Below the pieces are notes generated by a model. That model did no database searches. It saw only the letters and a list, made by a program, of their open reading frames with translations, and was not told the DNA's origin. Below, one piece after another: positions 37,318 through 47,472 of a stretch of DNA of 64,000 nucleotides. Where the stretch lies: assembly GCA_934278925.1 (NCBI GenBank), contig CAKQWJ010000005.1, positions 19,615-83,614 on the forward strand, read 5' to 3'. This DNA comes from an uncultured Clostridia bacterium (GTDB taxonomy: Bacteria; Bacillota; Clostridia; Peptostreptococcales; Anaerovoracaceae). Position 1 is the first letter of the stretch. Every line of letters begins with the position of its first letter. Position numbers and translations under genes: made by a program.

Positions 37318-37869
37318 ATGCTGGAACGCTGCCTGATTGAATTCTGTTCCTCTACGCTGGCATCCATCAAGGCGGCCAGTCTCTTCAACATCACCTTTCG
37401 AAGCATAGATGATGCGGAAGCCCAGATTCATTTCTGGAATACTCAACTTGATATCAAAGGCGTCCGGCTGTTCCTCCTGCGCTTTCAGGGAAATCGTGCG
37501 TTGATTTACGTATACCGAGAAAAACAGCTGGCGACCCGGCTGAACAGTCCGGAAGTGGCGGATTTTCTCCATTCCTACGGGTATGACGATATTCACCTTT
37601 CCGCCGCTCTGGAGCGACTTCGGAACCGCATTTCAGCGAGCCGAGATTTCCCCCACGAAATCGGGATTTTCCTGGACTACCCGCTGGGGGATGTGGTGGG
37701 CTTCATCGACAACGGCGGGCGCAACTTCAAGTGCGTCGGCTGCTGGAAGGTGTACTGCGACGAGTGCGCCTGCCGGAAGAAATTTGCCCAGTTCCGGAAA
37801 TGCCGAGACGTGTATCTCCGCCTCTGGGAGCAAGGCCGAAGTGTTTTGCAGCTCACGGTAGCTGCTTAG
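37318..37869 (+). CDS. DUF3793-family protein (Cys-rich C-terminus: KCVGCWKVYCDECACRKK)
   Basis: Start at ATG 37318 with RBS AAGGAGG; the track's upstream extension lacks an RBS. The gene is immediately followed by a flavodoxin, a pairing I recall as conserved. Confidence 0.55.
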   Translation: MLERCLIEFCSSTLASIKAASLFNITFRSIDDAEAQIHFWNTQLDIKGVRLFLLRFQGNRALIYVYREKQLATRLNSPEVADFLHSYGYDDIHLSAALERLRNRISASRDFPHEIGIFLDYPLGDVVGFIDNGGRNFKCVGCWKVYCDECACRKKFAQFRKCRDVYLRLWEQGRSVLQLTVAA

Positions 37870-37911
37870 CATATATGTAATCTATTTTTACAAAGAAAAG
37901 AGGTAGAAAAA

Positions 37912-38334
37912 ATGAGCAAAATTGCAGTAGTATACTGGAGCGGAACCGGTAATACAGAAATCATGGCACAGGAAGTCGCTGCCGGTGCAAAGGCTGCCGG
38001 TGCGGAAGCGGACGTGCTGACACCGTCGGATTTCGATTCTTCCAAAATCAGTGCCTATGACGCCATCGCCTTCGGCTGCCCGGCAATGGGTGCGGAAGTG
38101 TTGGAAGAAGCGGAATTCGAGCCGATGTGGAACGAGTGCGAAGGAAGTCTCAGCGGCGTGAAGATTGCGCTGTTCGGCTCCTACGGATGGGGCGACGGCG
38201 AATGGATGCGCACCTGGGAAGAGAGCGCAAACAATGCCGGTGCGGTTCTGGCTTGCGACAGCGTGATGGCCAACGAGGAACCGGACGACGAGGCGAAGAC
38301 CGCTTGCCGGAACCTGGGACAGGCGCTGGCATAG
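37912..38334 (+). CDS. Flavodoxin (short-chain)
   Basis: FMN-binding motif at the N-terminus (MSKIAVVYWSGTGNTEIMA); 140 aa. Confidence 0.9.
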   Translation: MSKIAVVYWSGTGNTEIMAQEVAAGAKAAGAEADVLTPSDFDSSKISAYDAIAFGCPAMGAEVLEEAEFEPMWNECEGSLSGVKIALFGSYGWGDGEWMRTWEESANNAGAVLACDSVMANEEPDDEAKTACRNLGQALA

Positions 38335-38390
38335 AATAATATAGGCCCATTTACATCACTTTACACATAATAACTCCCTTTACATTACAC

Positions 38391-38431
38391 CGAAAGCGGG
38401 GGCTGCCGTCGGCAGCCCCCGCTTTCTTCTT
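38391..38431. terminator. Strong bidirectional terminator (gaaagcgggggctgccgtcggcagcccccgctttc)
   Basis: A 14-bp GC-rich stem with a T-run lies between the flavodoxin gene (+) and the CotH-family gene (-). Confidence 0.8.
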
Positions 38432-38469
38432 TAGGATAACAGATGTTCACATTTCCGGTTCATCCATTC

Positions 38470-41400
38470 CTACCGCTTGGTCTTCAGCACCTTTGCCTTG
38501 GACCAAGATGAATAGATTTTATTCCCCTTTACGGTTTTGTACGTCCGAACCCTCACGTAATATTTCTTCTTCGCCTTTTTCACTTTGAAGGTCTTTTTAA
38601 CCGCACTCTTTTTGCCGACTTTCACAATTCTTCCGGACTTGAAATTCTTGCGGACGGAGTACGCAATCTGGTAACCGCTCACTTGATTCTTCTTCGTTTT
38701 CCAACGAACGTAAATCTTCTTGCCCCGCAGCGCTTTTACTTTTGCTACCGATGGGGTTTTCGGAACAATCCGATATGTCACCGTTCTTTTTTCGCTAAAA
38801 TTACCCTTTCCGGTAATCTCAACGGTTCCGGTTCCCACATTCTTTGCGGTTGCTTTCGATACGGTATAATCCGTTCCCGCCTTCAAAGGAATTCCTTTAT
38901 AGGAAAGCTTTAGGGACGGCTTCTGCGCCTTGCCGGAATATACCAAGTGAGAGGATTTCATCTTTACGCTTACGTATTTCATCTTTCTCGGGATAATCCG
39001 GTAGCTGAGTTCCGCTTTTCCGTTAAATCCGGCATCCTCAATTCCGGTCACCGTATAGGTTGCGTATCCAACATTTACGTTATTCTTAAACGTAATGTTG
39101 TAATCTTTTCCGGCCGTCAGGATATTTCCGTTGTACTTTACCGTAATCTTCGGAGCCACCGGAGATCCGGTATAGCGGGTGTTGTAACGAGAGCTCTGCG
39201 CATATTCACAATCCGCAACATCAACATAGGTGTTGTCATCCGCCTTCTTGGCATGGCAACGGCTGCATTCGTACTCATCGCCGACTTTCTTCCAGTCATG
39301 ATATACATCCCCATCGATGCAGCTGCGATATACGGCGCGCAAGGTTGTGTCCGAAGTCACCGTAATCCGGCTTCCCGGCGTAACCATTTCCCCATCGCAA
39401 TCCCAGCCGTCAAAGAGCATATTTTTATCCCCTTCGGTCGGTGCCGGAACGCGAAGCGTTTTGCCGGATGTGATTTTCCGCACGGTGGACTTCCCTCGGT
39501 CAGCCAGTTCCACATTGCAGTACGAAACCTTTCCGTCGGTCAAAGAGAGGGTGCAGTACTGCTGCTCGTTGTACTCATCTTCCGAGTTCTGGAGCCATAC
39601 CGTCACCACATTCTTGTCGCCAACGCTCTCGGTAAAAAGTTCCGAATCCAACAGGACATCAACATTGTTCTTTCCTTCGATGTTCATCCTTCCCACATAG
39701 TGACCGTTCACGTAATAGCTCAAATACTTGTAAGAGCCATTTCCGAGATCCACATTCAGGTGATATTCTCCGGACTTCTTATTTACCGCTTCGTAATTCT
39801 GCGCGCTGAGGTGGGTGACGTCGTCTCCCTCAAACTTGAGGCTGAACTTATCGCTCAGGTTTACATGCATGGATTTCATGGTGGATTCATCCGATGCAAA
39901 CTGATTGTCCATCCAGTTGAACCTCTTATTCAGCCAGCTCTTGAGCGCTTTGTTGTCCTCTTCAAAACCTCTGGAGTAGTGCCAGCGCTGCTGATTTTTA
40001 ATCCCGGATTCCTCGATGTAATCGTGCCACCGATCCAGGGTGCCGTTTTCTTTCACCGCTTCTTTCAGCGTATCCTCTTTGTCCAGATACAGTTCCCGTG
40101 CTTTTATCGCAAAATACGGATCCTTCATGATTTCGGAGAACCACCACCTGCCGTTCGAAGCCCAAGACACTGCTGAAGATGCGCCGAACGGTGCCACCGA
40201 ATCGGAGCCGTAATCAAAATCCCATACCGGACCGAAATGAATCGGCGCGTCGATGTCTTTGTACATGTACGTACTTCCGGAACCAATCTCGTTGCGCATC
40301 ACTTCCGAGGTCAGCCAGAAGCGCGTCAGGCTGTCCACATCACATAAGTCCACATAGGATAACCGCTTTCCGGCAATATCTTTCGTGCATTTATCCGGGC
40401 TGTAAATTGCATCTTCCAAATTCTGTACGTAATTTCGAATTCCGGAAAATGCCCGGTTGCTGCTATTCAGATATTCCGGATTTTTAAACTGAATCGGTAC
40501 ATTTCGGTCCGTCTTGAACTTGGATATTTCATCATAATATCTATCCATTTCCATAAGGTATCCGCCGTTAACCGACTTCGGTTTCTTGTAGTAATCCGTC
40601 GTGGTGTATTCCTTCCCGTTAAATTTAACGGTATCGGAAGTCATCCAATCCAGATCGGATTTCAGCTGATCTTCCAACTTCTCGGCATCTTCATCGGAAA
40701 GACCGTCCTTTGCCGCAATTCCTTCCGCAATGTCGCCGGCAGCGTTTTCCCAATCGAAAGCATTTACCCGATTCTTGTCCAGCTTCACCGTTTCTGTCAG
40801 CTGATAATTTCCCGCATACTTTCCGTTCAGCACCACGTCGACCCAAACCGAATCCATTGCGGTGGTGCCAATCTGCTTTCCGTAATAGGATGCCAGCATA
40901 TTCCGCATGCAGCTTTCATCGATGTAATTAGCGAGCAATGCCCAGTGCTTGTTTTTGCCCATACCAAACAGATTGGTTTTCTTATCCAGCTTTATTTTGT
41001 ACGGTTTCTTTTCGAAACGCTTCCAAGAAGAATTTCCCCGGCCGCGAATCTGGGTTTTTCCATCGTACAGTGTGGTGTTTTCGCTGTTGTACTTATCACA
41101 GCCTTGGATCTTAAAATCTGCGGTGACGTATGTGTCCTTCGATGTAATGTCCGCGCCGTCCTCCGTGTTGATATATACCACCGGCAATTTGCTGCACAGC
41201 AGTATACACTGGGCGACCTTCTTTTGATCCTTCCATGCTTCCACCCGAATCAATTTCTCCAAATCATCGGATGTCACACAATACTTGCTTCCTTTGCAGT
41301 TAATCTGCTTGTCATCCATGTACCACCGGTAACTGATCCCTTCTGCATCCCCATCGTAGGTTACCGTCAGATTCTCTCCCGGTGAAGCATAGGCTTCGTT

Positions 41401-41526
41401 AAAGTGCACACTCCCCGTTTCCTCTGCATACACAGTTCGAGTGCAGAGGATGCCCGCTGCCCAAAGGGCAGCAAGCATCAGTACCAGTACAGGGATCCAT
41501 GTTCTTTTTTTCAAATTACTATACAT
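38470..41526 (-). CDS. Secreted CotH-kinase-family protein with C-terminal Ig/FN3-like repeats (1018 aa)
   Basis: Signal peptide present. CotH-type region: …RGRGNSSWKRFEKKPYKIKLDKKTNLFGMGKNKHWALLANYIDESCMRNMLASYYGKQIG…. The C-terminal repeated beta-sandwich modules end in a Lys-rich tail. Confidence 0.65.
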   Translation of the reverse strand: MYSNLKKRTWIPVLVLMLAALWAAGILCTRTVYAEETGSVHFNEAYASPGENLTVTYDGDAEGISYRWYMDDKQINCKGSKYCVTSDDLEKLIRVEAWKDQKKVAQCILLCSKLPVVYINTEDGADITSKDTYVTADFKIQGCDKYNSENTTLYDGKTQIRGRGNSSWKRFEKKPYKIKLDKKTNLFGMGKNKHWALLANYIDESCMRNMLASYYGKQIGTTAMDSVWVDVVLNGKYAGNYQLTETVKLDKNRVNAFDWENAAGDIAEGIAAKDGLSDEDAEKLEDQLKSDLDWMTSDTVKFNGKEYTTTDYYKKPKSVNGGYLMEMDRYYDEISKFKTDRNVPIQFKNPEYLNSSNRAFSGIRNYVQNLEDAIYSPDKCTKDIAGKRLSYVDLCDVDSLTRFWLTSEVMRNEIGSGSTYMYKDIDAPIHFGPVWDFDYGSDSVAPFGASSAVSWASNGRWWFSEIMKDPYFAIKARELYLDKEDTLKEAVKENGTLDRWHDYIEESGIKNQQRWHYSRGFEEDNKALKSWLNKRFNWMDNQFASDESTMKSMHVNLSDKFSLKFEGDDVTHLSAQNYEAVNKKSGEYHLNVDLGNGSYKYLSYYVNGHYVGRMNIEGKNNVDVLLDSELFTESVGDKNVVTVWLQNSEDEYNEQQYCTLSLTDGKVSYCNVELADRGKSTVRKITSGKTLRVPAPTEGDKNMLFDGWDCDGEMVTPGSRITVTSDTTLRAVYRSCIDGDVYHDWKKVGDEYECSRCHAKKADDNTYVDVADCEYAQSSRYNTRYTGSPVAPKITVKYNGNILTAGKDYNITFKNNVNVGYATYTVTGIEDAGFNGKAELSYRIIPRKMKYVSVKMKSSHLVYSGKAQKPSLKLSYKGIPLKAGTDYTVSKATAKNVGTGTVEITGKGNFSEKRTVTYRIVPKTPSVAKVKALRGKKIYVRWKTKKNQVSGYQIAYSVRKNFKSGRIVKVGKKSAVKKTFKVKKAKKKYYVRVRTYKTVKGNKIYSSWSKAKVLKTKR

Positions 41527-41548
41527 TTTTCACCTATACCTTTACACA

Positions 41549-44500
41549 TTACTTCTTAATCTTAATTTTCTTTACGCTGGAGTAGCTGCCGTAAATCGTC
41601 TTGCCGGAAACCTTTCTGTACGCCCGAACCTTGTAGTAATAGGTCTTGCCCTTTTTCAGCTTCGTATTGGTCCAGCCCCGTGTTTTGGAACCGGCAGTCT
41701 TCATACAGTGATACTTTCCTTTGCTTGAGGTCGCTCTGTATACTTTATATCCGCCGGCATTTGCAGCCTTTTTCCAAGTTATTTTTACCTTACAGCCCTT
41801 CAGATTCTTCACCGAAGCAACTTTTACCTTGGAAGGTTTTGCCACCTTCTTTGCTTCTTTGATCTTGAAGCTTACCTTCACCGTTCCGGTGTATCCACGC
41901 TTGGATATTCCGGTAACCGTTGCCGTCGCAGTACCCAGCTTCACGTTGTTGGAGTAGGTTACCTTGTAATGGACCTTTTCGGTCAATGCCTGATCTCCGT
42001 CTTTTACCACAACCGGCGTCAATGCCTTGCCGGTGTATGTCTGGTCCGGAGCAGATACCGTGCATTTCGAGAGGGACTTCTTCTTCATGTATCCGGTATT
42101 CGGGTCGAAATCGTAACGAACGCCTTCAATCACGGTCGGTTCCGTTACGTAATCATTGCCCCAGTAGTACCGTGTTCCCACAACCTTATTGTTGGAGTCG
42201 GTTTCGTTCTCGAACGCTCCGCGGAGCAGAACGCCGTTGGTGTCGAATTTGAAGTATCTTGAAGTGACCTTCTTGTTGCCCGGTGTGGCAATCTTCGTAT
42301 CCTTTCCATCTTTGCCGACGTACATCTCTCCATCGTCCGGAGATACGGTGTTATTGTATCTTCTCCTGAAGTAGTACATGTTTCCGTCGATTTCTCTCCA
42401 CCGGATGGCATAAGAGCCGCCGCCTTCATAGTATCTCGTAATCGTCTTCTCTGTTCCGTCCTTCAATGTAACGGTTTCCGTTACGAAACTTCCCTTGACG
42501 AACACGCCTTTCTTGTTAAAAGTAAACTTCTTTCCGTCGATGGTAACCGTACCGGTTGATGCGTAGCCATCCTTGTCCATGTAGTACCAATCATCACCGA
42601 TTGATTCCCAATGGTTCTTGACAAATTCTCCATCTTTCAGATAACGAGGAAGACCGGTTTCCTTATCGGTAACCATGCCGGTCTTATCCGAAGGAATTTT
42701 CTTGGAAATCCCGCAGTTCTTGCAGACCAGCCGGTCATTTACGACTACAAACTCGTGCTGATCATTGGCACAGGTTTCCTTTACCTTCTCCTTACTGTAA
42801 CAGTAATCATTCATCTTCGTTCCATCGGCATCGTAGACATCCACAGAGAATTTCGTATCTGTGGCACTCATCTTGAAGTAAACACCGGTGAAATCATCAA
42901 TCGGCTTTACCGCAAAGTTATACTCTTTGGCATTCGATGGTGGATATGCCTTTCCGCCGGTAGTGCCGCATACGTAGTACACAACACCGTTCTTTTTGTC
43001 CGTCTCTCCCTTTGTGGTCGGATGGGTTCGAACCAGGGAATGATCGTGTCCGGAGAACATAAAATCGATTCCGGCCCGTTCGCAAGCATCCGGAATGTAC
43101 TTCGTGAAGGAAGCGCAGTCGTCTGTCGTCGCATTGGTGCCGTATGGCGGCTGATGGGAAACCACAATCTTCCATTTTGCATTGCTCTTCGCTGCGTCCG
43201 AAACCAGCCACTCGGCATCCTCTTTTGCCGCCTGATCCTTGGAATTATATCCAAGAACCGCAACGTATACATTGCCGTAGGTAACCGAGTAGTGCTGCTG
43301 ATTGCTGATATCAAACAGTTTCTTCTGATTGATTCCTTCCGTGTCTCCGTAGAATTCATGGTTGCCGCTTACGTGAATCATATCGGTTCTGTTAAACGGT
43401 GCCGCGCTGAACATATCCAGAATAGCAGTCCATTCGTTATACAGATTGGAAGTCTCCACGAAATCTCCCGTCTGCACGCCGAAGGAATACTTGTCCTTCG
43501 CCAGATCCTTCATAATATCCTGAAGGATGCTCTTATCCTCTACCTGCGTATCGCCCAGTAGGAAGAATTTCGTATCCTCACCGTTATTGTAAGTGCTGAA
43601 TTCTCGTACATCGGACCAGTGTTCTCCGTCACCTACCTTATAAACGTAATCGCTTCCGCTCTTCAGGTCCGTAACGTTCACGGTGTTGATGTAAATCGTC
43701 TTATTGTTCGTCGCAATCGAAGAACCGTCGAAGTTCAATCTTTCGCAGGTTCCTTCCTGCTCCTTAAAGGCCTTCTCCTTATTTTCTTCATAGTCGCTCT
43801 TCAGCGCCACTTTTGCCACGGCCTTCTTTTCCGCATTCACCGGATTGGACATCCACGTAATGCTCTTGGTATTCTCCGAATTCTTCACCGCATTCAGCTG
43901 GATGTAGGCCGGTGTTCCATCTTCATTTGCACCGGAATTAAGAATCTGGGCGGTTTCGATGAACGAAGGTTTTCCCTGAGCATCCTTTGCATAAATCGAG
44001 ATTTTCTGTGCATCCCGGAATCTCGATGTGGTCAGCGTTCCACGGATATCGGTTTCCCCGATTTTCTCGCCGTCCGCCATATAGATGCCGATTCCTTTTA
44101 CCGTCTTACCATTTTTGTCGGTAACGATAATCTTCGTATCCTCTCCGGCAACCGTATTCTCGACACTAATGTTGTATGCCGACTTCACTTCCATGCGCTG
44201 CGTCTTGCGGGTAAAAGAAAGTTCGTGGTTTTCGCCTTGCTCGTCCGTGTACTCAAAATTACCGGCCGTCACTGCATAGGTGAATTTCTTATCCTTCGTC
44301 AAATCGGTTGGCACACCTACCTTGACCGTCGCAAGATTTCCTTCCCCTGAAACATCCGCATCCGCCTTTTTCTTTACAAAAATCTGAACGCTGTTATCGG
44401 TCTTGTTGTACACCGGCGCCTTCGCTTCTTCGAATCCGTCCGCGTATTCCACCGTATAATCCGAGATGCCCTTGCCCAGTTCGATTTCCGTCGATGCGCT

Positions 44501-47218
44501 GTTCACACATTTCCGATTATCTGCCTTCAGATTCAGGCTAACATGTTCTCCCAAGTACGCTCCGTCTTCCGCCGGATACACGTTTACCTTCGGCTTATTC
44601 TGATCGGTTCCGTCCACATCAAAGGAGAACTTCTTTGTCGTTTCGTTTCCTTCCTTGTCCCGAATCAACACCTTAATGGAATGAGTTCCATTCGGCAAAT
44701 ACCAGTTGTTCAGATAAATCGTATCCTTACTCTTATCCTCCAGCAGGGAATTGTTTTCCAGTGCTTTGTCGGTAATGTTCTTTCCATCGATCCAGATATT
44801 TTTAGTGTTGTAGTCCACGCCGGATGTGTATTTGTTTTCCACATCGGAAACATTCACCTCAAAGTTTGCGGTATTGGACTTAATGGCTTCTTCTTTATTG
44901 TTGAGACCGATTCCGTTTACCGAAATGCTGTTAATCAGCGGGTTGTCCGTATCCGTCGTATTCGCACCGTATACGAACTGTACGTTATCGACGTAAATGG
45001 CGCCCTTGATGTCCGATTTCGGAACCCGAACAATCTTTCCATCTTCCTTGATGAAGTTTCCTCCCGACGGCGGCAAATACATCAGACGAATGGTCTCTCC
45101 GCCAATCAGCTTAAACGGTCCCTTCAGCGGTTCTTTGCTTTGCGGATTAACTAGTTTTGCTTCCACGTACTTCCAGCCGGTCCAGTCAATGCCTCCCAGT
45201 TCCTCTGCATTTTCATTGCTACAGCCGTTCGGCGTAAAGTTCAGTGTCTGTACCCCGCCGGTTCCGTCCTTCACGCGGATTCGAAGCCAGAAATTCGGCG
45301 TTCCCTTCGGTGCGTATACGTACATGCCAATCGCCGATGGATTTCCGGGAATTTCCTGGGTCTCATTGGAGAATCCAACACACGCACCCTCGGTGCTTCC
45401 TCCGACACCGGAGAAATCGTAGTTCAGCTTGAGGGAATTATTTCCCTTCCGAACCGGTTCTCCACTGGAGATTCCAACAATTTCTGCGGACTCCTTTCCA
45501 CCTCTGGAATCCTCGGCACCGGTTGTTGGATCCACACTGTTCGGATAATGTCCGTATAGCAGCTTCGACGAAGAAGAGGTTCCCAGCCATTTGCCGTCCT
45601 TATCCCATACGCCGCGAATCTGCCCACCGCCGGCATCAAAGCCTGCACGATTAAAGGTCCAATAATCTTTCGCCGCAACGGTTTTTCCGTCGACCACCTG
45701 ATCTTCAAAATCCATGGCAACAGTAGGCTGCAGGCCGACGACAACGTCTACCTTTCCATTCACTTCTTTGTTGTGCTTATACGCACAGTGAACGGTTCCG
45801 TACAGTGTTTTTCCATCGGAAGACACGAATTTGTTGCCGTGGAATTCTCCCAGCTTAACATTCGGGTCGGTCACTTCTTTTTTGTCCGCATCTTTCAGAT
45901 CTGTTACGCTCCAGTCAAAATCATCATCGGAATAATGAATCTGACGATTCTTGTATTTTACAGTGAGACCGAGATCTGATTCCTTTTCAAATCCAAGCGC
46001 CACTTCTTCATTCTCAAAAGAGATGGAATCCGGCTGCTGAACTTCGATGGTCGTTGTTCCGACTACTTCGTTTCCAACCTTCAGTTGTACTTCTGCCGTT
46101 CCGGTTTTCTCACCGGCGGTAAATGCGCCGTCTTCCGTGATGGTACCCATCTGGCTGTCCTTCAGTGCAAACTTTGCGCCGGACGGAATATTTGCCTTTC
46201 CTCCCGCACTGTCTACGCCTGTTGCCTTGAACTGCACCTTCGATCCCGGTGTGTACACTTCATTATCCGGAGTAATCGTCGCATGGTCGAATTCCCCGCT
46301 TCCCTTCGCATCGGAATACACCATCAGTGCAGAAGATACTTTTCTTTCCACGCCGTCGGACGGGCTGTTCTTCACCGTCAGCTCATCCGTTCCTTCGGAC
46401 TTGCTGGCATAGGTATACGAACCGCCGCCATCAATATAGATTGCTTCCTTACAGCCCAATTTCACCATGGTCTGTGCAGTTTCTTCATAAGTCATTCCTA
46501 CGGATTTCGGTGCCTGTCGTCCGTCTGCACCAAAGAGAACTACTTCCCCGTTTTCCTTTATACCAACCGCATTTCTAGGAATTCTGGCTTGATCTGCACG
46601 GACCCAATCTTCCAGGTCCACTTTACCATCGGTGACCAACTTAATCGGTCCGCCAATTGCTTCTTTGACGTCGCTCAGGTCTACCGGTTCGTGCATATCA
46701 CGAATTACCGCCTTGCCCGGTTTTCCATCTTCTCCTTTCAGTATAGCGAAATAATAGTAACCTTCGCCCCAGCCGCTGGTGCTCTTTACTACTTTTCCGT
46801 TCATGACAAGGACTCCGGTCGGTTCTCCGGTAGTCATGTTAAAGTAGTCGCCATTCGTCGCCGCTACGATATTCTTGCCGGTCTTCTTGGTCACTGCGGC
46901 CGCCTGATCTCGAACGGTCTGCAGTCCCCACTTTCCACTGGTATCGTAATCCTTGTAGCTGGCTAGGATTCCGGCTTTTTTTGTTAAATCCACAGTCGCT
47001 GCATACCCTTGTACCTGATTATCTCCTTGGGAGTCTACCAGTGTGATATGCTGTTCTTTCACTCCCGGTGCAATATTGTACTGCTTCAGCGAAGTCAGCT
47101 GTTTTCCTTCCGGAGCGGTAAAATCCGCAGCGAAAACGCTTTCCAAATTGCAGAGAGTCAGAAGAAATACACAGCTCAACGCTATGCTGAACATTTTCTT
47201 CAGTTTTCCCATTTCCAT
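41549..47218 (-). CDS. Giant secreted multidomain protein (1889 aa): N-terminal phosphodiester-glycosidase (NAGPA/DUF2233-like) domain, central calcineurin-like metallophosphoesterase, cell-wall-binding (WYY/D-DG) repeats and C-terminal FN3/Ig-like domains
   Basis: Signal peptide MEMGKLKKMFSIALSCVFLLTLCNLESVFA. Metallophosphoesterase motifs are present (…GDTQVEDKS…GDFVE…GNHEF…VSHQPPYG…GHDHS…), as are choline-binding-like repeats (GDDWYYMDKDGYASTG). Confidence 0.6.
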   Translation of the reverse strand: MEMGKLKKMFSIALSCVFLLTLCNLESVFAADFTAPEGKQLTSLKQYNIAPGVKEQHITLVDSQGDNQVQGYAATVDLTKKAGILASYKDYDTSGKWGLQTVRDQAAAVTKKTGKNIVAATNGDYFNMTTGEPTGVLVMNGKVVKSTSGWGEGYYYFAILKGEDGKPGKAVIRDMHEPVDLSDVKEAIGGPIKLVTDGKVDLEDWVRADQARIPRNAVGIKENGEVVLFGADGRQAPKSVGMTYEETAQTMVKLGCKEAIYIDGGGSYTYASKSEGTDELTVKNSPSDGVERKVSSALMVYSDAKGSGEFDHATITPDNEVYTPGSKVQFKATGVDSAGGKANIPSGAKFALKDSQMGTITEDGAFTAGEKTGTAEVQLKVGNEVVGTTTIEVQQPDSISFENEEVALGFEKESDLGLTVKYKNRQIHYSDDDFDWSVTDLKDADKKEVTDPNVKLGEFHGNKFVSSDGKTLYGTVHCAYKHNKEVNGKVDVVVGLQPTVAMDFEDQVVDGKTVAAKDYWTFNRAGFDAGGGQIRGVWDKDGKWLGTSSSSKLLYGHYPNSVDPTTGAEDSRGGKESAEIVGISSGEPVRKGNNSLKLNYDFSGVGGSTEGACVGFSNETQEIPGNPSAIGMYVYAPKGTPNFWLRIRVKDGTGGVQTLNFTPNGCSNENAEELGGIDWTGWKYVEAKLVNPQSKEPLKGPFKLIGGETIRLMYLPPSGGNFIKEDGKIVRVPKSDIKGAIYVDNVQFVYGANTTDTDNPLINSISVNGIGLNNKEEAIKSNTANFEVNVSDVENKYTSGVDYNTKNIWIDGKNITDKALENNSLLEDKSKDTIYLNNWYLPNGTHSIKVLIRDKEGNETTKKFSFDVDGTDQNKPKVNVYPAEDGAYLGEHVSLNLKADNRKCVNSASTEIELGKGISDYTVEYADGFEEAKAPVYNKTDNSVQIFVKKKADADVSGEGNLATVKVGVPTDLTKDKKFTYAVTAGNFEYTDEQGENHELSFTRKTQRMEVKSAYNISVENTVAGEDTKIIVTDKNGKTVKGIGIYMADGEKIGETDIRGTLTTSRFRDAQKISIYAKDAQGKPSFIETAQILNSGANEDGTPAYIQLNAVKNSENTKSITWMSNPVNAEKKAVAKVALKSDYEENKEKAFKEQEGTCERLNFDGSSIATNNKTIYINTVNVTDLKSGSDYVYKVGDGEHWSDVREFSTYNNGEDTKFFLLGDTQVEDKSILQDIMKDLAKDKYSFGVQTGDFVETSNLYNEWTAILDMFSAAPFNRTDMIHVSGNHEFYGDTEGINQKKLFDISNQQHYSVTYGNVYVAVLGYNSKDQAAKEDAEWLVSDAAKSNAKWKIVVSHQPPYGTNATTDDCASFTKYIPDACERAGIDFMFSGHDHSLVRTHPTTKGETDKKNGVVYYVCGTTGGKAYPPSNAKEYNFAVKPIDDFTGVYFKMSATDTKFSVDVYDADGTKMNDYCYSKEKVKETCANDQHEFVVVNDRLVCKNCGISKKIPSDKTGMVTDKETGLPRYLKDGEFVKNHWESIGDDWYYMDKDGYASTGTVTIDGKKFTFNKKGVFVKGSFVTETVTLKDGTEKTITRYYEGGGSYAIRWREIDGNMYYFRRRYNNTVSPDDGEMYVGKDGKDTKIATPGNKKVTSRYFKFDTNGVLLRGAFENETDSNNKVVGTRYYWGNDYVTEPTVIEGVRYDFDPNTGYMKKKSLSKCTVSAPDQTYTGKALTPVVVKDGDQALTEKVHYKVTYSNNVKLGTATATVTGISKRGYTGTVKVSFKIKEAKKVAKPSKVKVASVKNLKGCKVKITWKKAANAGGYKVYRATSSKGKYHCMKTAGSKTRGWTNTKLKKGKTYYYKVRAYRKVSGKTIYGSYSSVKKIKIKK

Positions 47219-47472
47219 TTTCCATTCCTTTCTTCAAACTTTATTCGATGGACGATCATCGGTGGTATAAAAATACAATTTAAGTCTACCCCTTCGTTAT
47301 ATATCTGTCACTGCATTTATAGTTTAAATAAACCTTAAATATACCATAAATTTTCTCAATTCATTATTGTTTACATTTATATTCACCGGAGCATCTATTC
47401 AGGATGCATATATACATCGAAAAAAGCTGTGGTATAATCATAGGAAATCAAACCATCAAGGGAGGATTAGAG

